Origin: Candidatus Omnitrophota bacterium
GTDB lineage: Bacteria > Omnitrophota > Gorgyraeia > Gygaellales > Profunditerraquicolaceae
Reading direction: 5' to 3'
NCBI GenBank assembly: GCA_041651115.1
Contig: JBAZJY010000001.1
Coordinates: 389,165 to 453,164 of the forward strand
DNA: 64,000 nucleotides
In this document: one piece after another, positions 46,954 to 56,533 of the stretch
Position numbering within the stretch: the first letter of the stretch is position 1
Layout of the letters: every line of letters starts with the position of its first letter
Made by a program: the position numbers and the translations under genes
Notes under the pieces: model-generated
What the model saw: the letters and a program-made list of their open reading frames with translations, nothing else
Databases searched by the model: none
Told to the model about the DNA's origin: nothing

Positions 46954-47942
46954 CCGGCACGCTAACGTTGTCAGTTGGAATTTCTACTTATAACCGCAAC
47001 GAAGACCTCACTCGGTGCCTGGAATCGCTGGCTAAACAAACCTATCCTGATTTCGACATTATTATTGCCAACGGCGGCGACTATGATGGCGTAAAACGGG
47101 TTACGGATAACTTTAAAAACCTGCGCATTAAGATATTTACTCAGGAACGCAAAGGCATTGTTGAAGCCAGAAATATGTGCTGGAGAGAATCTGATGCGGA
47201 TATCGCCTGCCTCATTGACGATGACTTAGTTGTTTCTCCGGGATGGATAGAGGCCATCCGGGAAACTTTTCTTTCCGACGAAAAGATCGGAGGGGTTTCC
47301 GGCCCGACCATTATACCCGAAGAAAGAATGAAAAATCGCGACCTTTCCTTATTCCTCGGTCAATTCCGGTCCTCCCGTAACATTTTCCTGAAAATAGCCG
47401 GAAAAATGTATTTAAACATTATTTTGGAAAATAAGGTCAACGAAGTAGGAAAAATATTGGACAGCGGGACATTTACCCCCGGATCGAATTTTCCCGACTG
47501 CCTCAAACTGCCTGCGCCGGTAGAGGTAGATTACCTGGAAGCATGCCATATGTGCTTTCGCAGGCTGCTGTTTGAGAAGATCAACGGCTTTGATTATTCC
47601 TATACCGGCACAGGCGAATGGAACGAACCGGATTTCGCTTTTAAGGTCAGAGGCCTGGGATATAAGCTCATCTTCAACCCTAAAGCAGTAACCCGGCATT
47701 ATATCAGCCAGGGAGGCGTATTTAAGGCGCGCACCTATGCCTATGAGCGCAGCAGGAATTTCATTTATTTTTATTTAAAGAACGTAAAGGTAAACAGCCT
47801 GAATAAATTTTTCCGTTTTGGCACCAATCTTCTCTTCATCAACCTGTATTGGCTCTATAAATTCCTTCAATCAAAAAATACCGATTGGCTATGCGGCATT
47901 TGGGGTACCGTGAAAGGGCTGCTCTCAGGAACGAAAATCTAA
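46950..47942 (+). CDS. glycosyltransferase family 2
   Basis: LSVGISTYNRNEDLTRCLESLAKQTYPDFDIIIANGG and a DDD motif. The start overlaps the upstream gene as ATGA. Confidence 0.75.
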   Translation: MTGTLTLSVGISTYNRNEDLTRCLESLAKQTYPDFDIIIANGGDYDGVKRVTDNFKNLRIKIFTQERKGIVEARNMCWRESDADIACLIDDDLVVSPGWIEAIRETFLSDEKIGGVSGPTIIPEERMKNRDLSLFLGQFRSSRNIFLKIAGKMYLNIILENKVNEVGKILDSGTFTPGSNFPDCLKLPAPVEVDYLEACHMCFRRLLFEKINGFDYSYTGTGEWNEPDFAFKVRGLGYKLIFNPKAVTRHYISQGGVFKARTYAYERSRNFIYFYLKNVKVNSLNKFFRFGTNLLFINLYWLYKFLQSKNTDWLCGIWGTVKGLLSGTKI

Positions 47943-47980
47943 TTGTTTCAATCGGTTATTTATAATATAATACTATAATT

Positions 47981-48973
47981 ATGGCGTTAAAAAACGTTTT
48001 AGTTACCGGTGGAGCGGGTTTCATCGGCAGCCATCTTGTGGACAAACTATTAAGCAAGGGTTGCCAGGTGACGGTTATTGATAATTTTTCCACCGGCAGG
48101 CCGGAAAACCTCTCGCATCAAAAAAATAACAGTAATTTGAAGGTAATCCGCCAGGATATATGCGAATTTAACAATGTAGCGGCTTATTTTAAGAATTGTG
48201 ATACGGTATTTCACCTTGCCGCGCTGGCGGATATCGTACCCTCGATTGTCAACCCTGTCGGTTATTACAATTCAAATGTCACCGGAACAATGCACGTTGT
48301 TGAAGCTAGCCGGCTTGCCGGGGTAAAAAAGCTCGTCTATGCCGCATCTTCTTCATGTTACGGCATACCGGATATTTTTCCTACCCCGGAAACCGCGAAA
48401 ATTCAGCCCCAATATCCGTACGCGCTGACAAAATATCTTGCCGAAGAGATCGTCTTTCACTGGGGCAAGGTATATAAACTACCGGTTGTTTCGCTTAGGC
48501 TGTTTAATGTCTACGGCCCGCGTTCACGCACATCCGGAACCTATGGGGCGGTTTTTGGGGTATTCCTGGCCCAAAAACTTAAAAACAAGCCTTTTACTGT
48601 CGTTGGCGACGGAAAACAGACCCGGGATTTTGTATACGTATCTGATGTGGCCGATGCTTTTATTGCGGCCGCAGAATCCGAATGTCAACAGGAAGCAATG
48701 AATGTCGGCTCCGGAGGCAGCTACAGTATTAACCGGCTGACAGAGCTTTTAAAAGGAGAGGTCGTATATATTCAGAAAAGGCCGGGCGAACCAGACTCCA
48801 CCTGGGCAGACATTGTAAAAATAAGGCAAAATACCGGCTGGCAACCGAAAATAAGCTTTGATCAGGGAGTGCAAAAGGTCCTTGATCATATTGACTACTG
48901 GCAGGATGCCCCGCTATGGACCCCGGAGAACATAAAAAGCGCCACCAAGGAATGGTTTCAATATCTCTCTTAA
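47981..48973 (+). CDS. NAD-dependent nucleotide-sugar epimerase/dehydratase (extended SDR; UXS/GalE-like)
   Basis: VLVTGGAGFIGSHLVDKLL Rossmann motif and YPYALTKYLAEE (YxxxK). It follows a 38 nt AT-rich gap that contains two TATAAT hexamers. Confidence 0.75.
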   Translation: MALKNVLVTGGAGFIGSHLVDKLLSKGCQVTVIDNFSTGRPENLSHQKNNSNLKVIRQDICEFNNVAAYFKNCDTVFHLAALADIVPSIVNPVGYYNSNVTGTMHVVEASRLAGVKKLVYAASSSCYGIPDIFPTPETAKIQPQYPYALTKYLAEEIVFHWGKVYKLPVVSLRLFNVYGPRSRTSGTYGAVFGVFLAQKLKNKPFTVVGDGKQTRDFVYVSDVADAFIAAAESECQQEAMNVGSGGSYSINRLTELLKGEVVYIQKRPGEPDSTWADIVKIRQNTGWQPKISFDQGVQKVLDHIDYWQDAPLWTPENIKSATKEWFQYLS

Positions 48974-48976
48974 AAT

Positions 48977-50512
48977 ATGGGACGCAATATTCAAAGTAAG
49001 ATAAAATCAATCAACGAGCTCGCAAAAACGCTCAGCGCCTTGAAATTAAAAGGCAAATGCGTAGTGCATTGCCATGGAGTTTTCGATCTACTGCATCCTG
49101 GGCACATAAAACATTTTGATGCCGCAAAGAAGAAGGGCGATATCCTCGTTGTCACCGTTACCAAGGATGAATATGTAAATAAAGGGCCAGGCAGGCCAGT
49201 ATTTAATCAGCACCTCCGCGCCGAGAGCATTGCGGCGATTGAATGCGTGGATTTTGTGGCAATCAATGATTGGCCCACGGCAGTAGAGACGATCAAACGG
49301 CTAAAGCCGGATTTTTATGTAAAGGGCAGCGACTACGCCAAAAAAGACGATGACCTGACCGGTAAAATAACCGAAGAGGAAGAGGCAATTAACCTGATCG
49401 GGGGCGCGCTTCACTTTACCGATGAAATATCCTTCAGTTCTTCTTCGCTTATCAATACTTTTCTTGCGCCGTATCCTGAAGACGCCAAAGAGTTTTTTCA
49501 AGCATTTAAAAGCCGGCATAAAGCAAAAGACATAATCCACAAGATCAAGGCCGCGGGAAACACCAAGGTACTGGTAATCGGTGACATAATCATTGACGAG
49601 TACCATTACTGCGCAGGCATGGGTAAATCCCAAAAAGACAACATCATTGCCACGCGATTCTTAAAAGAAGAAGCCTTTGCCGGAGGGGTACTTGCCGCTG
49701 CTAATCATGCCGCAGGGTTTTGTAAAAATGTCACCCTTTTAAGCTGCATCGGCACAGGAAATGAATACGAAGCCTTTATTAACCGGCATCTAAGGCCGAA
49801 TATCCAAACTAAATTCTTTTATCGCAAGGATGCCCCGACTGTCGTTAAGCGCCGCTTTGTTGATCCCGCGTTTTTAAATAAGCTCTTTGAGATATGCTAC
49901 CTTGAAGACGCAAACTATATGCCGGATATCCTGGAAAGCCAGATATACAACTATCTTGATGCAAACCTGAAAAAGTTCGACCTGGTGATCGTCACTGATT
50001 TCGGCCACGGCCTGATCACGCCTAAGATCGTAGGCATCCTTTCTAAAAAAGCCAAATTCCTTGCCGTGAATGTCCAGACAAACAGCGCAAATATCGGCTT
50101 TAACCTGATCACGAAATTCAAACACGCCGATTATATCTGCATCGATGAACCTGAGATCAGGCTGGCCTGCCATGATAAATTCTCTAATCTAAAAGAGCTG
50201 ATCCTGAAGATAAATAAGGCTTGCGCATGCGATAAGATAATCATCACGCGCGGGCACCGCGGGTCATTGGCCTATTCAAAAAAAAGCGGTTTTGTGGAGA
50301 TCCCGGTTTTCTCCAAAGAGGTAGTTGACAGGATCGGGGCAGGAGACGCGTTCTTTTCAGTTACCGCGCCCTGCGCCTTTAAAGATGTCCCGATGAATAT
50401 CGTCGGTTTCATCGGTAACGCAGCCGGCGCGATAAAAGTCCTGATCGTCGGAAACAGGTCGCCGGTAGACCCGACATCCCTATATAAATACATCACAACC
50501 CTGCTTAAATAA
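48977..50512 (+). CDS. bifunctional cytidylyltransferase-fold nucleotidyltransferase / PfkB-family sugar kinase (HldE-like, domain order inverted)
   Basis: The N-terminal VVHCHGVFDLLHPGHIKHF is the HxGH motif of the RfaE domain II / TagD fold. The C-terminal ~350 aa is ribokinase-like with DRIGAGDAF (the GAGD motif). Confidence 0.7.
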   Translation: MGRNIQSKIKSINELAKTLSALKLKGKCVVHCHGVFDLLHPGHIKHFDAAKKKGDILVVTVTKDEYVNKGPGRPVFNQHLRAESIAAIECVDFVAINDWPTAVETIKRLKPDFYVKGSDYAKKDDDLTGKITEEEEAINLIGGALHFTDEISFSSSSLINTFLAPYPEDAKEFFQAFKSRHKAKDIIHKIKAAGNTKVLVIGDIIIDEYHYCAGMGKSQKDNIIATRFLKEEAFAGGVLAAANHAAGFCKNVTLLSCIGTGNEYEAFINRHLRPNIQTKFFYRKDAPTVVKRRFVDPAFLNKLFEICYLEDANYMPDILESQIYNYLDANLKKFDLVIVTDFGHGLITPKIVGILSKKAKFLAVNVQTNSANIGFNLITKFKHADYICIDEPEIRLACHDKFSNLKELILKINKACACDKIIITRGHRGSLAYSKKSGFVEIPVFSKEVVDRIGAGDAFFSVTAPCAFKDVPMNIVGFIGNAAGAIKVLIVGNRSPVDPTSLYKYITTLLK

Positions 50513-50513
50513 T

Positions 50514-51077
50514 ATGGACTATTTTAAAGATCTCTCAGCGATGTTTTTAAAGATTGAGGCCACAGACGAAAGATCAAAAATACTGCCTTTTGGCTCAGCG
50601 ATCCAAAAAGTCATTGACTTGGTAACTTCCCGCGCTAAAACAGGAGGCAAGGTTATTTTTATCGGTAATGGCGGCAGCGCTTCGATTTCCAGCCACATGG
50701 CAACCGATTTTTTAAAAAACGGCAATATCCCCGCGTTAACTTTTAATGATCCCGCTTTCCTTACCTGTATCAGCAACGACCTTGGTTATGACCAGGTTTT
50801 CCGAAAACCTATAGAAGTGCTTGCCAAAAAAAGTGATATTCTGTTTTCCATCAGCAGTTCCGGGAAGTCAAAAAATATCACTGACGCAACCGAAGAAGCA
50901 AAAAATAAAGGCTGCCTAGTCATCACCCTTACCGGCTTTCATAAGGATAACCCCCTGCGGAAAATGGGAGATATAAATTTTTATGTTCCTTCCGGTTCCT
51001 ACGGTTACGTAGAAATCGCCCACCTTGCCGTATGCCACTTCATTATCGATGAAATAATCGCGAATAAAAATGGATAA
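50514..51077 (+). CDS. gmhA: SIS-domain phosphoheptose isomerase (GmhA-like)
   Basis: GKVIFIGNGGSASISSHMATDF matches the GmhA GNGGSAADAQH motif region. Length is 187 aa. Confidence 0.8.
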   Translation: MDYFKDLSAMFLKIEATDERSKILPFGSAIQKVIDLVTSRAKTGGKVIFIGNGGSASISSHMATDFLKNGNIPALTFNDPAFLTCISNDLGYDQVFRKPIEVLAKKSDILFSISSSGKSKNITDATEEAKNKGCLVITLTGFHKDNPLRKMGDINFYVPSGSYGYVEIAHLAVCHFIIDEIIANKNG

Positions 51078-52137
51078 ATTCAAGATCGACAGCCATAAGC
51101 TTATCTATCATACAGAGAGGGTCAATGACTGGCTAAGCGGGCGGAAGATTTATCCCGTATATATCGAAGTCTCTCCCAGCGGCTCATGCAATCATCGCTG
51201 CCTTTATTGCGCCCTGGATTTTATGGAATACCAACCGCGTTTTCTTGATAAAACTATATTTGAAAAAAGATTGTCGGAAATGGGCAGACTTGGGGTAAAA
51301 AGCATTATGTACGCGGGTGAGGGAGAGCCGTTCCTGCATAAGCATATTGCCGGAATAATCCGGCATACGAAAAATTCAGGTATCGATGCCGCAGTCACTA
51401 CAAACGGTGTCTTATTAAAAAGAGGCTTGGCTGAAGACATACTCCCCAGCCTCACCTGGGTCAAAGTAAGTATAAATGCCGGTACAAAAAAGACATATTC
51501 GCTTATCCACCGGACAATCCCGGATGATTTTAATACAGTAATGCGTAATATGGCTGATGCGGCAAAATTGAGGAAGAATAAGAAATACGCCTGCACTCTG
51601 GGGATGCAGATAGTCCTTTTGCCGGAAAATTACCGCGAAGTTGGCCTGCTGGCAAAAAAGGCCCGGGATATCGGAATGGATTATCTGGTCGTAAAACCGT
51701 ATTCCCAGCATCCGCTCAGCAATACGACAAGGTATAAAGATATCAAATATAGCCTGTATCTGGCGCTTGCGGAAAAATTACAGCGGCTTAACCGGGATAA
51801 TTTTAGCTTGATCTTCCGGCTGAACACGATGAAAAAATGGGATGCTGCAAAGCGCACGTACAAACATTGCCTGGCATTGCCGTTTTGGGCCTATATTGAC
51901 GCAGGGGGGGATGTCTGGGGATGCAGTATTTATTTAACAAAAGATAAGTTTTGCCTCGGGAATATCTACAAAAGCGATTTTAAGAAAATCTGGGGTTCCC
52001 TAAAAGCCAAACAGCTATGGAAATGGGCCGCAAATAAGCTCGATACCGGTAAATGCCGGGTAAATTGCCGTATGGATGAAATAAACAATTATCTCTGGGA
52101 GATAAAAAATCCCTCCGAACACGTAAACTTTATTTAA
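51070..52137 (+). CDS. radical SAM protein (SPASM/twitch-like C-terminus)
   Basis: SPSGSCNHRCLYCA is a CxxxCxxC motif. A C-terminal Cys cluster follows (WGCSIY...FCLGN...GKCRVNC). Confidence 0.7.
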   Translation: MDKFKIDSHKLIYHTERVNDWLSGRKIYPVYIEVSPSGSCNHRCLYCALDFMEYQPRFLDKTIFEKRLSEMGRLGVKSIMYAGEGEPFLHKHIAGIIRHTKNSGIDAAVTTNGVLLKRGLAEDILPSLTWVKVSINAGTKKTYSLIHRTIPDDFNTVMRNMADAAKLRKNKKYACTLGMQIVLLPENYREVGLLAKKARDIGMDYLVVKPYSQHPLSNTTRYKDIKYSLYLALAEKLQRLNRDNFSLIFRLNTMKKWDAAKRTYKHCLALPFWAYIDAGGDVWGCSIYLTKDKFCLGNIYKSDFKKIWGSLKAKQLWKWAANKLDTGKCRVNCRMDEINNYLWEIKNPSEHVNFI

Positions 52138-52138
52138 G

Positions 52139-52972
52139 ATGCCGCCCCTTACAGGTATCACATTGAAAAAGAAGGCAGACGAGATCCGCCACAAAGTCAT
52201 AGAAGTGGCGATCAGAAATAAAGCCGGCCACATTGCTCCGTCGTTATCCGGCGTCGATATCCTCGTCGCTCTCTACTATAACGCGATGCAATATAAGCCT
52301 GCCGACCCTCATTGGGAGGCAAGAGACCGGATTATTTTTTCTAAGGCCCACGGCTGCTACGCGCTTTATGCGATCCTTGCCGATAAGGGCGTCCTACCGA
52401 AAAAAGAATGGGATGATTTTTATACCCCAAAAAGCACGCTTTTAGGCTGCATGGAATACCGGCCGGAATACGGGCTTGAGGCAGGGTGCGGCTCCCTGGG
52501 GCACGGCCTGCCTATTGCTGTCGGACTTGCTTTCGGCGCAAAATTGCAAAAGAAGAAATTCCATACTTATTGCATAATGGGCGATGGCGAAACGCAGGAA
52601 GGAACAACCTGGGAAGCGGTCCAGTTTGCCGTAAAGCATAAAATAAATAATCTTACCATCATCATAGATGATAACCGCCTCCAGGCAATGGATTTTATCA
52701 CTAAAATTCTCGATAGAGAAACTAAGGACAAGGTCAAAAGATTAAAGGGATTCGGGCTTTCGCCGATTATTTATAACGGTCACGATGTCATCGGGCTTAG
52801 CCGCCTACTCAAACCCGCGAAAAGGGCCGGCTCAGATGTCCCGCGGCTGATCATCGCCGAAACGATAAAAGGATATGGCCTCAAGTGTATGGAAAATGTC
52901 GCTAAATTCCATTTCCGCATACCTACGCCCGCAGAGCTCAAAAAGGGAAAGACATATGCCTGCAACCTGTAA
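52139..52972 (+). CDS. transketolase, N-terminal (ThDP-binding) subunit
   Basis: The ThDP-binding motifs GHIAPSLSGVDILVALYY, GSLGHGLPIAVGLA and the GDGETQEG motif are present. Length is 277 aa, as for split transketolases. Confidence 0.8.
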   Translation: MPPLTGITLKKKADEIRHKVIEVAIRNKAGHIAPSLSGVDILVALYYNAMQYKPADPHWEARDRIIFSKAHGCYALYAILADKGVLPKKEWDDFYTPKSTLLGCMEYRPEYGLEAGCGSLGHGLPIAVGLAFGAKLQKKKFHTYCIMGDGETQEGTTWEAVQFAVKHKINNLTIIIDDNRLQAMDFITKILDRETKDKVKRLKGFGLSPIIYNGHDVIGLSRLLKPAKRAGSDVPRLIIAETIKGYGLKCMENVAKFHFRIPTPAELKKGKTYACNL

Positions 52973-53450
52973 CTACAGAAAAGAGGTCGTCAACGCCATT
53001 CTGCCGTATTTCCGTCAAGATAAACGCTATTACCTGCTTGTCTGCGACATGGGTTTTGGCGTAATTGACCAGGTAAAAAAAGAGTTCCCGCGCCGCGTGA
53101 TTAACTGCGGCATCATGGAACAGGGTACAGTCGGGATCGCTGCAGGCATGAGCATGTCCGGGCTGATACCGGTGGTATATTCAATAGTAAATTTCCTTGT
53201 TTACCGTTCGCTGGAACAAATACGCAATGACGTTGTCCTGCAGGGCCTGAACGTTAAATTCATCTCTACCGGAGTAAACGATTACTTTAAATTCCTCGGG
53301 CCGTCGCATTGCTGCTGCCGTGACGATATCGCGCTGATGAAGTTGATACGAATGAAAGTCTATGACCCGTATGCCCGGCCCAAAACAAACCTCCATAAAA
53401 TGGCCGCGGAGTGGATAACGGATAAAAAAGCGGGTTACCTAAGGGTTTAA
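52956..53450 (+). CDS. transketolase C-terminal-subunit homolog, truncated (pyrimidine-binding domain only)
   Basis: MPATCNYRKEVVNAILPY...VCDMGFG...INCGIMEQGTVGIAAGMSMSG is collinear with the Transket_pyr domain. The protein ends after about 164 aa, so the ~110 aa Transketolase_C domain is absent. The ORF-track start at 52875 is an in-gene extension. Confidence 0.55.
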   Translation: MPATCNYRKEVVNAILPYFRQDKRYYLLVCDMGFGVIDQVKKEFPRRVINCGIMEQGTVGIAAGMSMSGLIPVVYSIVNFLVYRSLEQIRNDVVLQGLNVKFISTGVNDYFKFLGPSHCCCRDDIALMKLIRMKVYDPYARPKTNLHKMAAEWITDKKAGYLRV

Positions 53451-53457
53451 TCATAAA

Positions 53458-54243
53458 ATGACAGTCAAAAGCGGTAGTAATTTCGATATTTCTGTGATCA
53501 TGCCTTCGCTAAACGAAGAAAAGAATATCGCTGCCGCGCTTGAAAATACCCTGGCGGCGTTAGAAAAATTCAAGATCCGGGGGGAAGTAATCGCGATTGA
53601 TGACGGCTCAAGCGATCGAACCGCAGACCTGGTCAAGGCAGCCGCAAAAGATAATCCCGCGATCAGCCTGCTGAGCCACAGCCGGCCCCAAGGCATCGGA
53701 GCGTCGTTCTGGGACGGGGTAGCCAATGCTCGAGGCAATGCCATTGTCTTGATCCCGGGAGATAACGAATGCATACCGGAAGAAATCTTCCGATATTACG
53801 GTTTGCTCAAAGATGTTGACATGATCATACCTTTTGTATTAAACAAAGAAGTCCGCCCGCCTTTACGGTTATTACTTTCCTTTATCTATAAGCTGATCAT
53901 CAATTTTACTTTTTTTGTCAACTTTAATTATACCAACGGCACGATCATTTACAGAAAATCCGTCCTGGAGGATGCCGGCTCAAGAAATATGGGTTTTTTC
54001 TTCCAAACCGATATCCTTATCCGGGCGGTGAAGAAGGGCTATCTTTTTGCCGAAGTTCCTTATAGGCTGGGCAAAAGAAAAGCAGGGGACTCAAAGGCAT
54101 TTTCGCTGCGCTCCCTGCTTAATGTAATCAAAGGATATCTGCGCCTTACATTCGATTATTATTTCAAAAAACACCTGCACGATAAAAAGGGTTTTGCCCC
54201 GGATTCGGCGACCGCTATAAGGCGGTCGGCAAACAACCATTAA
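53458..54243 (+). CDS. GT2 polyprenyl-phosphate glycosyltransferase (DPM1/GtrB-like)
   Basis: ISVIMPSLNEEKNI...VIAIDDGSSDRT and the length (261 aa, with a C-terminal amphipathic region) fit the family. Confidence 0.7.
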   Translation: MTVKSGSNFDISVIMPSLNEEKNIAAALENTLAALEKFKIRGEVIAIDDGSSDRTADLVKAAAKDNPAISLLSHSRPQGIGASFWDGVANARGNAIVLIPGDNECIPEEIFRYYGLLKDVDMIIPFVLNKEVRPPLRLLLSFIYKLIINFTFFVNFNYTNGTIIYRKSVLEDAGSRNMGFFFQTDILIRAVKKGYLFAEVPYRLGKRKAGDSKAFSLRSLLNVIKGYLRLTFDYYFKKHLHDKKGFAPDSATAIRRSANNH

Positions 54244-54246
54244 TTT

Positions 54247-54906
54247 ATGATCATCGCAGCTAAGTGCGCTCCGGAAAAAAGATACCTTTCCGCGATAAGA
54301 AAAGCAGGCATACGGGCGGTAGAGTTATACCTGCCGGAAAAGGCCTTGAATAATCCGGATAAAATCATACGCATATGTAAAGGCTATGCCTTCCGCTATG
54401 CGGTTCATTCTCCGCGTAATGGGCTGAATATTTTCCGGCTGTCCTATCTATGCGAGGCAATAAACGCCGAAATCGCGGTATTCCATAATAATTACTGGGA
54501 AGATGAATGGCAGGAGATCGCCTCAGGGCTTAAAAATATAAAGGTATGTATAGAGAATATTGCCAGCGCAGATGAGCCGGTAAAATTTATGCGCAGATTC
54601 GGAATGGGCATGTGCCTTGACCTGGAGCACCTGCAGATGCAATGCGGAGGTGTATATGAAGAAGAGTTCATCCGTATCGCAAAACAGGCTTCCCATGTCC
54701 ACCTGACCGGTTATAGCCACGGCTCCAGCAACTGGCATACCCACATACACCATGATCCGCAGCATGGGGCATTTATGCTAAAAATGCTAAAAAAGGCCGG
54801 ATATACGGGGCTGGTAGTTTCAGAAGCTGAAGCGAGATATCAAACATATAACGATTTTTTAAAGTTGAATAAATTTTTTAAGGACGCAAACAATGAAAAT
54901 AAATAA
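54247..54906 (+). CDS. putative sugar-phosphate isomerase/epimerase (xylose-isomerase-like TIM barrel)
   Basis: VCIEN and CLDLEH resemble the conserved E and LDxxH metal-site motifs of the AP-endonuclease-2/xylose-isomerase-like fold. This is motif-level only. Confidence 0.4.
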   Translation: MIIAAKCAPEKRYLSAIRKAGIRAVELYLPEKALNNPDKIIRICKGYAFRYAVHSPRNGLNIFRLSYLCEAINAEIAVFHNNYWEDEWQEIASGLKNIKVCIENIASADEPVKFMRRFGMGMCLDLEHLQMQCGGVYEEEFIRIAKQASHVHLTGYSHGSSNWHTHIHHDPQHGAFMLKMLKKAGYTGLVVSEAEARYQTYNDFLKLNKFFKDANNENK

Positions 54907-56533
54907 GTTGGATCTGTATGCCCCGGCGCTGATTACGCTTTATTTGCTTTTCCAGCCGTATTTCCTTCATGGAATAATCGATTTCTGGGAAACCGGTATT
55001 TACCTGCCGTTTATCAACGAAGTACTTCATGGAAAGGTCGCATTTAAGGACCTGATGCTGCATCGCGGGCCTTTTGAGGTATATGCACCCGCGCTCTTGA
55101 TGCAGATCTTTGGAAAGCACTTAAGCGTGCTTACGATTTTCTTTTACCTCGGCAATATTGCGGCGATAATTGCCGCGGTCTATATCGGCCGTGAAGTTAT
55201 CTCCAGCCGCATTTTTGCTTATTTATTGATACCGGTTCTGGCAGCAAAGACGTTCCCGCTTACTTTTTACCAGAACTGGGGCGGGTTCAGATTTGCCTGC
55301 GGATTAATCGCGGTCTTATGCGCGATCAGGTTTTTTAAAGAAAAGGGTGCGCTTTGGCTCTTCGCTGCCGCATTATTTTCTGCTTGCGGGTTTTTCTTTA
55401 GCGCAGAAATAGGGGTCTTTTCCGGCGCCGCAATAATTGCCGCCATATTCTCTTTAAAAACGCCTATGCAGAAAAAGTTACGCTGGATCATGTTTTATTC
55501 AGCCGGCTTTATGTTAATTTTTCTTCCCGTTATCGCGTATCTATGGATTAACGCAGGCCTTGCCGCTTATGCTGAATGTATGTTTAAAGCCCCGCCGGGC
55601 GCCTGGAATCTTTATCATCTAAAGCTGATTTACCCGGATTATCCCAATAATATCGTTGCTGCTTTTGCCTGTATCTTTAAGCCGTTTACCCCGCAATTTA
55701 TCTATTCCTTGCCGATCGTGCTCTATGCGATTACAGCGGTTTATCTATTCAGGCGGCATACGGCAAAAACCGAAAATGCGAAGGCCCCCGCTCTAATCTG
55801 CCTGGTTATTTACGCCGCCTTGATGTATTACGGTTCGCTGCGCCAAAGCAACGGCCCGCAATTCCAGATGGCCATGCAGCCGACATTAGTGCTGTTTTTT
55901 TTCTTTTTGGAACGGTATTATTTTTTTTACAGGCGCGGCCAGACTGCCATAAGAAATCCAGCCCTTACGCGGGTTAACGCGGCGATCATATTTATTACCA
56001 TGTTTTTTTTATTGTTTTCCTCCGCCTTTACCTTAAAATTCCTGCGCGACTACGGCAATGATCAAAAGCGCTTTGTTTTACATTTAATAAACCGCGGGTG
56101 TTTTGCCGAAGGCGATTCGATCCGGCCGCTGACAATTGCCCGGGGCAGGGGAATACTGACCAGCAGCCTCCAGGCTGATGAGATCAATTCCGTAGTTGCG
56201 TACATACAGGCAAAGACTTCTCCATTAGAACCCGTATTTACATTCCCCAACATGGGAACTTTTAATTTTCTCTTTGACCGGCCGTGCTTTGATAAATTTT
56301 GCTTTTCCGATATGGCATTCTATTATCCGGAATGGCGGAACGGATTTTTTGCGCGCTTAAACAGGGACAGACCGCGTTACATCGTAGTCAAAGATGAGCC
56401 GGATTGGCTGGAGGCGGCGCTGGCCGAATACCCCCTGGGAAAATACAGGCGACAGGTAAGAGATTTTATCGAAACGAACTATCAGCGCGACGCTGTATTC
56501 GGCCGCATCAGCGTCTATTCCTTAAACAAATGA
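54893..56533 (+). CDS. polytopic membrane protein (putative GT-C partner of the upstream DPM1-like GT2)
   Basis: At least twelve hydrophobic segments and no soluble-domain motif were recognised. The gene order mirrors 41639/42316. Confidence 0.4.
   Translation: MKINKLDLYAPALITLYLLFQPYFLHGIIDFWETGIYLPFINEVLHGKVAFKDLMLHRGPFEVYAPALLMQIFGKHLSVLTIFFYLGNIAAIIAAVYIGREVISSRIFAYLLIPVLAAKTFPLTFYQNWGGFRFACGLIAVLCAIRFFKEKGALWLFAAALFSACGFFFSAEIGVFSGAAIIAAIFSLKTPMQKKLRWIMFYSAGFMLIFLPVIAYLWINAGLAAYAECMFKAPPGAWNLYHLKLIYPDYPNNIVAAFACIFKPFTPQFIYSLPIVLYAITAVYLFRRHTAKTENAKAPALICLVIYAALMYYGSLRQSNGPQFQMAMQPTLVLFFFFLERYYFFYRRGQTAIRNPALTRVNAAIIFITMFFLLFSSAFTLKFLRDYGNDQKRFVLHLINRGCFAEGDSIRPLTIARGRGILTSSLQADEINSVVAYIQAKTSPLEPVFTFPNMGTFNFLFDRPCFDKFCFSDMAFYYPEWRNGFFARLNRDRPRYIVVKDEPDWLEAALAEYPLGKYRRQVRDFIETNYQRDAVFGRISVYSLNK

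Noticed and set aside
47943-47980. AT-rich 38 nt gap with two TATAAT hexamers, considered as a possible internal promoter.
   Set aside because: There is no acceptable -35 element at 16-19 nt spacing, and the second hexamer abuts the ATG. It is left as a weak note and not listed as a feature.
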